Shown piece by piece: positions 17,539 through 26,386 of a DNA stretch of 64,000 nucleotides. Both the position numbers and the translations under genes were made by a program. The notes beneath the pieces were generated by a model that was given only the letters and a program-made list of their open reading frames with translations, searched no databases and was not told the origin of the DNA. Each line of letters opens with the position of its first letter. Positions within the stretch are counted from its first letter, which is position 1. This stretch comes from Chloroflexota bacterium (lineage in GTDB: Bacteria; Chloroflexota; Anaerolineae; Anaerolineales; VGOW01): contig JACRBQ010000036.1 in NCBI GenBank assembly GCA_016213135.1, positions 25,010-89,009 of the forward strand, in the 5' to 3' direction.

Positions 17539-19044
17539 TTATCGTTGCCATTCCAGCAACTTGATGAACAACTGCTTGACCGTCGGCGTAAGGCGGGTAC
17601 GGTTGTAGGCATCGGCGATTTTCTTGAATCCTTCGGACTGCGTGGGGTACGGGTGAATCACTGTCGCCAGTTTCGCCAAACCGATATTGCCCGCCATCGC
17701 TACCGAGGCTTCGCTAATCATGTCTCCGGCGCGGCGGGCCACAATGGTCGCCCCCACGATCTTGTCGCTCCCTTTCTTGACCAGGACTTTGACAAAACCT
17801 TCGGTCTCGCTATCCGCGACCGCGCGGTCCAAATCCTTGAGATAGTGAACAAAGGGGGTGACGGCAATACCCTGTTGCCTGGCTTCGGCCTCGGTTAGCC
17901 CAACGTGCGCGAGTTCGGGGTCGGTATAGGTGCACCACGGCACGTTGAGGGCGCTGGCCCGGCGGCGGCCAAAGAAAAGGGCGTTTTGCACGGCGATACG
18001 AGCGGTGGCGTCGGCAGTGTGAGTGAACTGATATTTGTAGCCGACGTCGCCTGCCGCATAAATGCGCGGGTTGGTCGTCTGCAGGTGGTCGTCCACCGTT
18101 ACGCCTTTTTTTGTATACGCGACACCCGCCTTTTCCAAATCCATCCCTTCCACATTCGGGGCGCGCCCGGCGGCAACGAGCACCGCATCGGTGGTGAGGG
18201 TGCGCCGCTGGCCGTTATCATCCAGGTGAATCACCACCTCGCCGTTCAACCGCTCAACCTGTGTCGGCTTCACGCCCAGTTCAAACTGCACGCCCTCGCT
18301 TTCCAACGCGCGCCGGATGACACTGGCCGCGTCGGCATCATCCCGAATGAGAATGCCTGGCGCGAGGTCCACCACCGTCACTCGACTGCCAAAGCTCTGA
18401 AAGGCTTGCGCCATCTCGCACCCAATCGGCCCGCCGCCGATGACTACCAACCGGCGCGGCAGTTCGGTGAGATTGAAGACGTTCTCGTTAGTGAGGAAGT
18501 CAAGCTCCGATAAGCCCGGGATGGGTGGCACAGCGGCCCGGGAACCGGTGGCGATAACGGCTTTGCTAAAGCGCAGGGTCTGTCCACCGACGGCCAGGGT
18601 GTCCGGGCCGGTGAAGCGCGCCTCCCCAAAAAACACGTCAGCGCCTAGCGAACGAAAGCGTTCCGCCGAGTCGGCCCGGCTCAGGTCGGCGCGCACCCGG
18701 CGCACGCGCTCCATCACTACGGCGAAGTCCACCTGCACGTCCGGCAGATGCACACCCATCTCGGCAAGGCGGCGAACCTCGCCCAGGAGATGCGCCGGGC
18801 GCAGTAATGTCTTTGAAGGCATACAGCCGGTGTTCAGGCAGTCGCCGCCCATGAAATGTTTTTCGATAACGGCGACCTTGCCGCCCAGTCCGGCGACACC
18901 CGCCGCACACACCAATCCCGCCGACCCCGCGCCAATGACAACCATGTTGTAGCGCCCGCCCGGTGCGGGGTTGCGCCAGCCGGGCGGTTGCGCGTTGGCT
19001 TTCCAGCGGGTGTTATGCGAGTCATTCGGCGGTTGAAGATTCAT
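17539..19044 (-). CDS. Pyridine nucleotide-disulfide oxidoreductase (dihydrolipoamide dehydrogenase/mercuric-reductase-like flavoprotein)
   Basis: VVIGAGSAGLV, redox-active GGDCLNTGCMPSK, C-terminal dimerisation domain. Start taken at MNLQPPN (19044), overlapping the upstream gene's end. Confidence 0.85.
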   Translation of the reverse strand: MNLQPPNDSHNTRWKANAQPPGWRNPAPGGRYNMVVIGAGSAGLVCAAGVAGLGGKVAVIEKHFMGGDCLNTGCMPSKTLLRPAHLLGEVRRLAEMGVHLPDVQVDFAVVMERVRRVRADLSRADSAERFRSLGADVFFGEARFTGPDTLAVGGQTLRFSKAVIATGSRAAVPPIPGLSELDFLTNENVFNLTELPRRLVVIGGGPIGCEMAQAFQSFGSRVTVVDLAPGILIRDDADAASVIRRALESEGVQFELGVKPTQVERLNGEVVIHLDDNGQRRTLTTDAVLVAAGRAPNVEGMDLEKAGVAYTKKGVTVDDHLQTTNPRIYAAGDVGYKYQFTHTADATARIAVQNALFFGRRRASALNVPWCTYTDPELAHVGLTEAEARQQGIAVTPFVHYLKDLDRAVADSETEGFVKVLVKKGSDKIVGATIVARRAGDMISEASVAMAGNIGLAKLATVIHPYPTQSEGFKKIADAYNRTRLTPTVKQLFIKLLEWQR

Positions 19045-19801
19045 TGATAATAGTCTCCGAAATTGGTTTGGCTTCGCGGCGGCGGAAATAGCGCGAGAGC
19101 ACGAGGCTGAGGACAAACATGAGCACGCCAACCCCGAGAGTTAGCGGATCAAGTTGCGGCGTGAAATCGGTAAGTTTGCCAGTGATGGAGGCCCCGAGCG
19201 CCACAAACGAGATCGTGCCGGGGATCGTGCCCAGTGCAGAGGCAAGCAAGAATGCCCGCCAGTCAATCTTTAGAAATCCACATAGATAACTAACAAGGTC
19301 GTAGGGCAGAAAGATAAACCGCATAGTCAACACAGTCTCGAAACTGCTTTGCCGCAGCCTCTCGGTGAAGCGATGAATCACCCCGGTGGAAGTCTCACTG
19401 CTGAAGACCCCCTGCCCAAAGTACCGCCCGACGACATACGACAGCATCGCCGAGTTGTTGCTGCCGATGACCGTATAAATGACGCCGAAAATCGGCCCGA
19501 AGAGGAACCCGCCAGCGACGGTCAGTGGAGTGCCGGGGAAAAACAGCAGTGGGCGGAGCGCGTAGACGACGATATATATGAGCGGGCCATAGGCGGTGCC
19601 CCGGATGGTATCGGCCAGCGTTTGCGCTGCGGCCAGCGGCGTCAGCGCATGGGCGCGCGCGTATAGCGTGTAACTGACGATGATCGCTAACCAAACGCCT
19701 GCGCTAACTATTTTTTGCCAGTGTTGACTGAACAAGGTGGTAAGAGCAAATTTTGGACGAGGGGTATCAGGTGTAGTCATAGCATCTTTTGTATGCGCCA
19801 T
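19022..19801 (-). CDS. TVP38/TMEM64 (DedA-related) family membrane protein
   Basis: Multi-TM with the LRPLLFFPGTPLTVAGGFLFG motif. Overlaps the downstream flavoprotein gene. Confidence 0.75.
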   Translation of the reverse strand: MAHTKDAMTTPDTPRPKFALTTLFSQHWQKIVSAGVWLAIIVSYTLYARAHALTPLAAAQTLADTIRGTAYGPLIYIVVYALRPLLFFPGTPLTVAGGFLFGPIFGVIYTVIGSNNSAMLSYVVGRYFGQGVFSSETSTGVIHRFTERLRQSSFETVLTMRFIFLPYDLVSYLCGFLKIDWRAFLLASALGTIPGTISFVALGASITGKLTDFTPQLDPLTLGVGVLMFVLSLVLSRYFRRREAKPISETIINESSTAE

Positions 19802-19971
19802 AAAGTCACCGGAATGACTGGCAACATGCTATAGACGCTAGTTACCATGGAAATCTTACGGCAGGGGTTTAATATTCAATCTCTACTTTGGTAAGAAAGT
19901 TCGGTCTCGTGCCGTCTAAGTGAATAAGCCTCTATAGAACCAATGGTGCTGGTTTTAGCGAAAACAGGCTC

Positions 19972-20019
19972 GTAGCGTAGTCCCTTGTGCGCGCTCAACG
20001 CACACAAGGACTTAAGCGT
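19972..20019. repeat. REP-like imperfect palindromic element (family copy 1)
   Basis: CGTAGCGTAGTCCCTTGTGCGCG-CTCAA-CGCACACAAGGACTTAAGCG. The arms match the elements at 21256-21302 and 45410-45458. Confidence 0.5.
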
Positions 20020-20103
20020 GGTCGCCATCTGGCCGCAGGGCGCCGCCCAAAATTCCGGCGCAAATAGCACGGTTGATGGCGTCTTCGGGATTTTTTTGCG
20101 GTC

Positions 20104-20134
20104 TTGACCTTCCAGCGACTGGAAGGTGTAAAGT
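20104..20134 (+). promoter_or_regulatory. MerR-type promoter/operator: -35 TTGACC, 19-bp spacer containing a perfect dyad, -10 TAAAGT
   Basis: TTGACC (20104-20109), spacer ttCCAGCGACTGGaaggtg with dyad CCTTCCAG/CTGGAAGG, TAAAGT (20129-20134). Lies 14 nt upstream of the merR ATG. Confidence 0.7.
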
Positions 20135-20147
20135 AAAGCCGGGAGCG

Positions 20148-20603
20148 ATGAAGATGTTGATTCACGATTTGGCGAAGCAAACCGGTGTTCCGGCTAAAAC
20201 CATCCGGTATTACGAGTCCATCAAGTTGTTGCCGCGCCCGGAACGGGCGGCGAACAATTACCGCCAATACGCGCCGGCCGAGGCCGAACGCTTGCGCTTC
20301 ATCGCCAGCGCGCGCAGCTTGGGCTTCTCGCTCGATGACGTGGCCGAAATCCTCGCCGCGCGTGATAAGGGACTGGCCCCCTGCCAGCGCGTGCTCGATG
20401 CCGTTGATCGGCGACTGACGGACGTTGACCGGCGCATTGCCGATTTGCTGACTCTGCGCGACTCTCTCCGGCAACTGCGGAGCGAGGGGGCCATTCTCCC
20501 CCGCGATGACGTGCAGGGGGAGCATTGCGTGTGTTACTTGCTCAAAGCGTATCGCGATAGCGGGCACGTCGCTATTCAGAGAGGAGAGTTATTCGATGAC
20601 TGA
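20148..20603 (+). CDS. merR: MerR-family metal-responsive transcriptional regulator
   Basis: HTH (IHDLAKQTGVPAKTIRYYESIKLLP), coiled-coil, and Cys residues (LAPCQ, HCVCY) in metal-binding positions. Confidence 0.8.
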   Translation: MKMLIHDLAKQTGVPAKTIRYYESIKLLPRPERAANNYRQYAPAEAERLRFIASARSLGFSLDDVAEILAARDKGLAPCQRVLDAVDRRLTDVDRRIADLLTLRDSLRQLRSEGAILPRDDVQGEHCVCYLLKAYRDSGHVAIQRGELFDD

Positions 20604-21123
20604 TACTTGCGGTTGCCCGCCCGAAGCCGGAAGCGCGGTTTGCGAACTGCCGGCTCAGGGATTTCAGCGCGCGGCCCGCGCCGCCAATGCCTGCCCCGAG
20701 TGCGGCAAGACTGGCAAGCCCGTGCAAGGGCAAACCGTCAAAGCCCTTCTGTCTGTGAGCCTGCGCGAAATGCGCGACGCGGACTATTTGTTTTGCCGGA
20801 CCCGGACTTGCCCCATCGTTTACTTTTCACCCGACGGTGAGCATACCTTCACGGTAGAACAAGTGCGAGAGCGTGTTTATCAAAAGGAGCCGGGTGCGGA
20901 AGAGGTGTTCGTCTGCTACTGCTTCCGGCATACGGTTGGCGATATTCGCGCCGCCTCGACGGAGACTCGCGCCGCAATCCTTGACGACATCAACACCGGC
21001 ATCAACGCCGGGCAGTGCGCCTGTGATCTGCGAAACCCGCAAGGCTCATGTTGCTTGGGGAATGTGCGCGGGCTGGCTGCTGCGCAACAGCTTGAGCGCT
21101 TGGCGGTGGGAGTGGCACGCTAA
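20596..21123 (+). CDS. Cys-rich metallochaperone-like protein (zinc-ribbon + BFD-like [2Fe-2S] domain, CopZ-N-terminal type)
   Basis: CPECGKTG...FCRTRTCPIVYF, then CYCF...GQCACDLRNPQGSCC. ATG overlaps the merR stop (ATGACTGA). Confidence 0.55.
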   Translation: MTDTCGCPPEAGSAVCELPAQGFQRAARAANACPECGKTGKPVQGQTVKALLSVSLREMRDADYLFCRTRTCPIVYFSPDGEHTFTVEQVRERVYQKEPGAEEVFVCYCFRHTVGDIRAASTETRAAILDDINTGINAGQCACDLRNPQGSCCLGNVRGLAAAQQLERLAVGVAR

Positions 21124-21255
21124 CGCGCGTTAGCATAAGTCCGGCGGCGCGTTTTTCCATTGTCATTGAAAGGAGGATTATTGCGCTTACAAAACATACG
21201 GTTTGGCAACTCAATGAATCACTCGTTAAGAATGTTCTAAGAATCTATCCGTAAA

Positions 21256-21302
21256 TGTAGCCTAGCCTCTTGTGGGCGGCGGGGACAAGCCCCTATGCTA
21301 CG
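21256..21302. repeat. REP-like imperfect palindromic element (family copy 2)
   Basis: TGTAGCCTAGCCTCTTGTG-GGCGGCGGGG-ACAAGCCCCTATGCTACG. Confidence 0.45.
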
Positions 21303-21322
21303 GGTTTCTAAGGAGAAGACCT

Positions 21323-21565
21323 ATGCCTACCACTCTACAAGAAGACAAAGTTCTCGACTGCTCCGGAATGCTTTGCCCCGTTCCGGTGATTAGTACATCC
21401 AAGGCGATCAAGGAAATGCAGGTCGGGCAGGTGTTGAAGATGATTTCCACCGATCCCGGCGCGCCTCCCGATATGGTGGCCTGGGCCCGGCAGACCGGCA
21501 ACGAATTGCTGGACTCGCATCAAGAAGGCAAGGTTTACATTTTCTATTTCCGCCGTCTGAAGTAG
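21323..21565 (+). CDS. TusA/SirA-like sulfurtransferase
   Basis: CPxP motif (DCSGMLCPVPV). About 80 aa. AAGGAG Shine-Dalgarno 7 nt upstream of ATG 21323. Confidence 0.8.
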   Translation: MPTTLQEDKVLDCSGMLCPVPVISTSKAIKEMQVGQVLKMISTDPGAPPDMVAWARQTGNELLDSHQEGKVYIFYFRRLK

Positions 21566-21656
21566 CGTAGGGCTGATAGCAGATAGCTTATGGCCGATAG
21601 CTGATAGCGCGTTGCCATCTGCCACGCGAAGCGGCCATCTTCCACAGGAGATCCCC

Positions 21657-22178
21657 ATGTCCAAATCCGATCCGAACGCTCCCCGTCGTTTGGCGCTCAT
21701 CGCCAGCAAAGGCACCCTCGACTGGGCCTATCCGCCGCTCATCCTGGCCAGCGCGGGCGCTGCCATGGGCTGGGACGTTGCCATATTCCACACGTTCTAC
21801 GGCTTGACGCTGTTGTTGAAAGACATCAAAGCCGAAGTGACGCCGCTGGGCAACCCGGCCATGCCGATGACCATGCCATTTGGGCCCGAGGCGTTCCAAA
21901 AGATTGACTGGCCGATCCCGACAGCGATGATGTCCACCCCGGGTTTCAATTTGATGGCCACCACCATGATGAAGAAGCTGTTCCATGACAAAGGGGTGGC
22001 CTCTGTGCCTGAGATGCGCGCCATGTGTGTGGAGGCGGGCGTGAACATGATCGCCTGCCAAATGACGATGGAAGTCTTCGGGTTCAACAAAGAAGATTTC
22101 ATTCCGGAATGCACCGTCGGCGGGGCGGGCATGTTCCTGGACTACGCGGCTGACGCGGACATTCAACTCTTCGTCTAG
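21657..22178 (+). CDS. DsrE/DsrF-like family protein
   Basis: LALIASKGTLDWAYPPLILASAGAAMG and ACQMTMEVFG blocks. Follows the tusA-like gene. Confidence 0.65.
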   Translation: MSKSDPNAPRRLALIASKGTLDWAYPPLILASAGAAMGWDVAIFHTFYGLTLLLKDIKAEVTPLGNPAMPMTMPFGPEAFQKIDWPIPTAMMSTPGFNLMATTMMKKLFHDKGVASVPEMRAMCVEAGVNMIACQMTMEVFGFNKEDFIPECTVGGAGMFLDYAADADIQLFV

Positions 22179-22467
22179 CCAGCGCAATCCGGTTCAGGCG
22201 TGTGCCCAAACGCTTGCCAAACAAGTGTTGCTGGCCGCCGATCCAGCACGGCTGAAAGAAGCCCCAGTTCACTAGTGGCGAATCTTGCAGGCGATGGGGA
22301 TCGCGACTCGTGAGGCTGTCGATCTCGCCTGGGTCGATCTGAGCATAGACGCTCTAGTCGGGTACGGCCCAACCGGCAATTCGCGCGGCGGAGCCGCTAA
22401 ATGAATCTATCGAGCGCATGGCAGTGGTCGCCCGACCCTGGCGCTCGACGCACCGTCCGGCCTCGCC

Positions 22468-22689
22468 TGCCAACGTGTGCTCGATGCCGTTGATCGGCGA
22501 CTGGCGGACGTTGATCGCCGCATTGCCGATTTGCTAGCCCTGCGCGATTCCCTTCGGCAACTGCAGAGCGAGGGAGCCATTCTCCCCCGCGATGACGTGC
22601 AGGGGGAGCATTGTGTGTGTTACTTGCTCAAAGCGTATCGCGACACCGGACAGGTCACTATTCAGGAAGGAGAATTTTTCGATGACTGA
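22468..22689 (+). pseudogene. 5'-truncated duplicate of the merR 3' end
   Basis: 222 nt align without gaps to 20382-20603 (about 23 mismatches counted by eye), including the identical ATGACTGA junction with the downstream gene. No HTH-coding part is present. Confidence 0.8.
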
Positions 22690-24346
22690 ATTAGAACAAC
22701 TTGAACTCGACGTGCGTGGGATGACCTGCGACTCGTGCGCTCTGCACGTCACCAAAGCGCTTAAGAGCGTGACGGGCGTGCAAGAGGCCGACGTCCCCGG
22801 CTGGCAATCCGGGCGGGCTACGGTCGTCGTCGGCGCGGACGTGGACGCCAAGACGCTCAGCACCGCCGTCCAGCAGGCCGGGTACACGGCCACCGTCAAA
22901 ACGCGCAAGGCGGTTGGCAGCCCGACCCCGGAAAATGTGGGCGGTGGCAATCAGTTTGATCTGATGGTCATCGGCGGCGGCTCGGCCGGGTTTGCGGCGG
23001 CGATTAAGGGCGCGGAACTTGGCTTCAAAGTCGCGCTGGTCGAAGCGGGCGTCATCGGCGGCACATGCGTCAACATCGGCTGCGTGCCGTCCAAGACGCT
23101 CATCCGCTCGGTCGAGTTGTATCACCTCGCCGGACAACACCGCTTCCGGGGCGTGCATACCGCGCCGGGCCGGATTAACTGGCCGGAAGTGATCGCCCAC
23201 AAAGATGAACTGGTCAATGAACTGCGACAAACCAAATACTCCGACGTGCTGGCGGCGTATCCTGAAATCACCCTCATCCAGGGCCGCGCCAGATTGACGG
23301 GTCAGAACGGCGTGGAGATTGATGGCAAAGCATACGCGCCCGGCAAAGTTGTCATCGCCACGGGCGCGAGGCCATGGGCGCCGCCCATCCCCGGTTTAGG
23401 CGACATGCCTTACCTCGACAGCACCTCTGCGCTTGATTTGAAGGAACTGCCCAAGTCTATGATTGTGCTTGGCGCGAACGCCGTCGGTCTGGAGTTGGCG
23501 CAGACGTACGCGCGCGCCGGAACCTACGTGACGGTGCTGGAAGTCCTGCCGCGCATCGCGCCGTTTGAAGACGAAGACATCAGCGCCGCGCTGGTCGGGT
23601 ATCTCGAAGAAGAAGGCTTGCGGATTGTGTCCAACTTCAAGACGACGAAAGTGGAACGGCGCGATGGCCGCTATATTCTCTCCGGATCAAAGAATGAGGC
23701 CGAGGTAGTCTTTGAGGCCGAGCAGTTGCTCGTCGCCACGGGCCGCCGCCCGAACACGGCCGGCATGGGATTGGAAGAGGCCGGGGTGAGACTCGGCAAG
23801 CGCGGCGAGATTCTAGCCAACGATTCTCTGCAAACACACAACCCGTTTGTGTATGCGGCAGGCGACGTGACCGGGCGGGATATGTTCGTCTACGTAGCCG
23901 CGTACTCAGGGCAATTGGCCGTCGAGAACGCGCTGGCCGGCACCGGGCGGGTGTATGATGCCGCGTACATTCCGCGCATCACCTTCACCGACCCGCAGGT
24001 GGCTTCTGCCGGTTTGACTGAAGCGCAGGCGCGCGAACAGGGCTACGAAGTGCGCGTGAGCAACTTGCCGATGGTGCACGTGCCCCGCGCATTGGCCGCC
24101 CGCGATACACGCGGCCTGATCAAACTTATCCTCAACGCCGCCACCGACCAACTGCTAGGCGCGCACATCCTCGCGCCCGAAGCGGGCGAGATGATCCAGA
24201 CGGCAGTGCTGGCAATTCGCTTTGGCATCACCGCGCCCCAACTGCGCGAGACGATGTTCCCCTATCTGACCAACGCCGAGGGGCTGAAACTGGCGACGCT
24301 GGCGTTTGACAAAGACGTGGCGAAACTGTCCTGCTGTGCGGGATAA
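22682..24346 (+). CDS. merA: Mercuric reductase with N-terminal HMA domain
   Basis: GMTCDSCALHV (HMA), GGTCVNIGCVPSK redox centre, C-terminal KLSCCAG. Confidence 0.92.
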   Translation: MTELEQLELDVRGMTCDSCALHVTKALKSVTGVQEADVPGWQSGRATVVVGADVDAKTLSTAVQQAGYTATVKTRKAVGSPTPENVGGGNQFDLMVIGGGSAGFAAAIKGAELGFKVALVEAGVIGGTCVNIGCVPSKTLIRSVELYHLAGQHRFRGVHTAPGRINWPEVIAHKDELVNELRQTKYSDVLAAYPEITLIQGRARLTGQNGVEIDGKAYAPGKVVIATGARPWAPPIPGLGDMPYLDSTSALDLKELPKSMIVLGANAVGLELAQTYARAGTYVTVLEVLPRIAPFEDEDISAALVGYLEEEGLRIVSNFKTTKVERRDGRYILSGSKNEAEVVFEAEQLLVATGRRPNTAGMGLEEAGVRLGKRGEILANDSLQTHNPFVYAAGDVTGRDMFVYVAAYSGQLAVENALAGTGRVYDAAYIPRITFTDPQVASAGLTEAQAREQGYEVRVSNLPMVHVPRALAARDTRGLIKLILNAATDQLLGAHILAPEAGEMIQTAVLAIRFGITAPQLRETMFPYLTNAEGLKLATLAFDKDVAKLSCCAG

Positions 24347-24359
24347 GGAGTTGGTATCC

Positions 24360-24635
24360 ATGATCAAAATCAAAGCCTATGTCGCGGGCGTCGTCGCGTT
24401 CATCGCCTGCCCCTGCCATCTGCCCCTCACCCTGCCGTTGCTGATCTCGCTCACGGCGGGCACGGCTTTCGGCGCGTGGCTGGCTCACAATACTGTCCGC
24501 GTCGGGGTCATCGCGACCGTTGCCTTCATCGGCGGGCTGGCGTTGGCCTTCAAATGGTTCGCGCAATCCGCCTGCCCGCCAACCCCCAACACAACACCGT
24601 CTTTATATACACGCAAGACCAAGCCAATGAAGTGA
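24360..24635 (+). CDS. Small mercury-transporter-like membrane protein (MerE-like CPCHLP motif)
   Basis: VAFIACPCHLPLTLPLLISL. Two TM helices. AAGGAG Shine-Dalgarno 9 nt upstream. Confidence 0.6.
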   Translation: MIKIKAYVAGVVAFIACPCHLPLTLPLLISLTAGTAFGAWLAHNTVRVGVIATVAFIGGLALAFKWFAQSACPPTPNTTPSLYTRKTKPMK

Positions 24636-24734
24636 GAAAGAGATCTTCAGTTTTTCGACATTGGGTCGGGACAGATCAGCCGCGCGCCAACTGAAGTAGA
24701 ATGAGGCACACTCATACAGATACAGGAGCCGGCC

Positions 24735-26288
24735 TTGACTACATCACCACAGTCCAACTTGCGACAAGCTGAGATCATCATGGCGCTCTCACTCGCCACC
24801 GATCTTGGCACTGGCCGCCCGATGGAATGGGCGATGCGTTCCGCCCTGCTCGGCGTGCGGTTGGGCGAAGCATTGGGTTGGGACGAAGCGGAATTGCGCG
24901 CTGCGTATTACTGCGCCCTGCTGATGTACATTGGTTGCACTTCGGAAATCGGGCTGGCTCTGCAACTGTTTGGCGACGACCCGCAGGCCGGCCTAGCCGC
25001 GGTGGACTTGATCAACAAGAGCGACCCGAGGCAGATGCTGACGTGGATGCTCAAGTATCTCGGCGCGGGCCAGCCGCTGACTGAGCGCCTGCGCGCGTTC
25101 GCCAACATCGGCCAGGCGATGACTACCTACAAACTCGGCCACTGTGAGGTGGCCCAGCGCCTGGCCGAGCGGTTGAGCCTTGAGCCGTCCATTCAGACGG
25201 CGCTGACACAGTTGGGTGAACAGTGGGACGGGCAAGGCGAGCCGCACAAGTTGAAAGGTGAGGAAATTGCGCGCCCGATGCGGGTGGCGTTGCTGGTGCG
25301 CGACATCGAAGCGCATCTGAACACGCACGGCGTTGAGGCGGCTGTGGCCGTGGCCCGCCAACGCTCCGGCAATATCCACGACCCGCACATCGTCAGCCGG
25401 TTTTGTGAGCAAGCGCCGCAGTTGTGCGCCACGTTGGCGCAAGATGCAGACTGGGACGCCTTGCTTGCCATTGAACCCCGGCCACGCCTTTACTCCACTG
25501 AAGAGTTTGACAATGCCACGCTGGTGATGGCCGACTTCATTGATTTGATCGCGCCCGCCTTCACCGGCCACTCACGCAACGTGGCGGCGTTGGCGGAAAC
25601 GTCCGCCCGGCAATACGGCTTGCCGGAGTCCGACGCCAAGTCGCTGTGGCGCGCCGCGCTCCTGCACGACCTCGGCAAGATTGCCGTGCCAATGGGGTTG
25701 TGGTCAAAACCCCTGCCGTTGAGCCAGAGCGAATGGGAGCGGGTGCGCCTGCATCCTTACTACACCGAGCGCATTCTCGCCCGCCCGACGCAGTTGGCGC
25801 AACTGGGCGCGGTAGCGGCTCTGCATCACGAGAAGCTGGATGGTTCCGGCTACCACCGGCAGGTGCGGGCGGAGGGCCTCTCCCCCGCCGCGCGATTGCT
25901 GACCGCCGCTAATTTCTATCAGGCCCGCATCGAGCCGCGCCCGCACCGCGAACCACAGTTGCCGGATAGCATCGCGCAAGCCATGAGACAGGAAGTGCGC
26001 GCCGGGCGGCTGGATGGTGAGGCGGTGAACTGCGTCCTGCAGGCCGCCGGGCACCGCACTACTCCTGTGCGGCGCGAGCGCGTCGCCGGGTTGAGCGAGC
26101 GCGAGATTGAAGTCCTCCGTCTGCTGGCGCGGGGCTACACCAATCGCCAAATGGCGCAAACACTGGAGATTACGGAAAAGACGGCGGGCAACCACGTCGT
26201 GCATATCTACGAGAAAATCGGTTGTTCAACCCGGTCGGCGGCCACCCTGTTTGCCATGCAACATCACCTGCTCAGCGAGCCGGTCTGA
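24735..26288 (+). CDS. HD-domain (HD-GYP-related) signalling protein with C-terminal LuxR HTH
   Basis: LHDLGKIAVP and HHEKLDGSGYHR, then LSEREIEVLRLLARGYTNRQMA. Paralogue of 47937-49514. TTG start as given by the track. Confidence 0.8.
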   Translation: MTTSPQSNLRQAEIIMALSLATDLGTGRPMEWAMRSALLGVRLGEALGWDEAELRAAYYCALLMYIGCTSEIGLALQLFGDDPQAGLAAVDLINKSDPRQMLTWMLKYLGAGQPLTERLRAFANIGQAMTTYKLGHCEVAQRLAERLSLEPSIQTALTQLGEQWDGQGEPHKLKGEEIARPMRVALLVRDIEAHLNTHGVEAAVAVARQRSGNIHDPHIVSRFCEQAPQLCATLAQDADWDALLAIEPRPRLYSTEEFDNATLVMADFIDLIAPAFTGHSRNVAALAETSARQYGLPESDAKSLWRAALLHDLGKIAVPMGLWSKPLPLSQSEWERVRLHPYYTERILARPTQLAQLGAVAALHHEKLDGSGYHRQVRAEGLSPAARLLTAANFYQARIEPRPHREPQLPDSIAQAMRQEVRAGRLDGEAVNCVLQAAGHRTTPVRRERVAGLSEREIEVLRLLARGYTNRQMAQTLEITEKTAGNHVVHIYEKIGCSTRSAATLFAMQHHLLSEPV

Positions 26289-26386
26289 AGGCCGATTGAA
26301 AAGAATGAGGTGAACCCCTCATGACAGGGGAGGTGAAATTTTCTATCATGGGGTCATAATCCAATTTACCCAAGGAGATGACTACC

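Noticed and set aside
22179-22467. Possible decayed recombinase/integrase remnant in the ORF-free gap before the merR fragment
   Set aside because: A stretch reading ATREAVDLAWVDLSIDAL superficially recalls tyrosine-recombinase motifs, but the spacing of the conserved residues does not fit and no other recombinase block is visible.
24650-24665. Shared 16-mer GTTTTTCGACATTGGG (also at 27144-27159) upstream of two plus-strand genes
   Set aside because: I found only two copies. Flanking similarity is weak (about 60%), there is no consistent promoter spacing or conserved secondary structure, and the apparent shared peptide (SVFRHW) is just the translation of the 16-mer. This is insufficient for a regulatory or RNA call.
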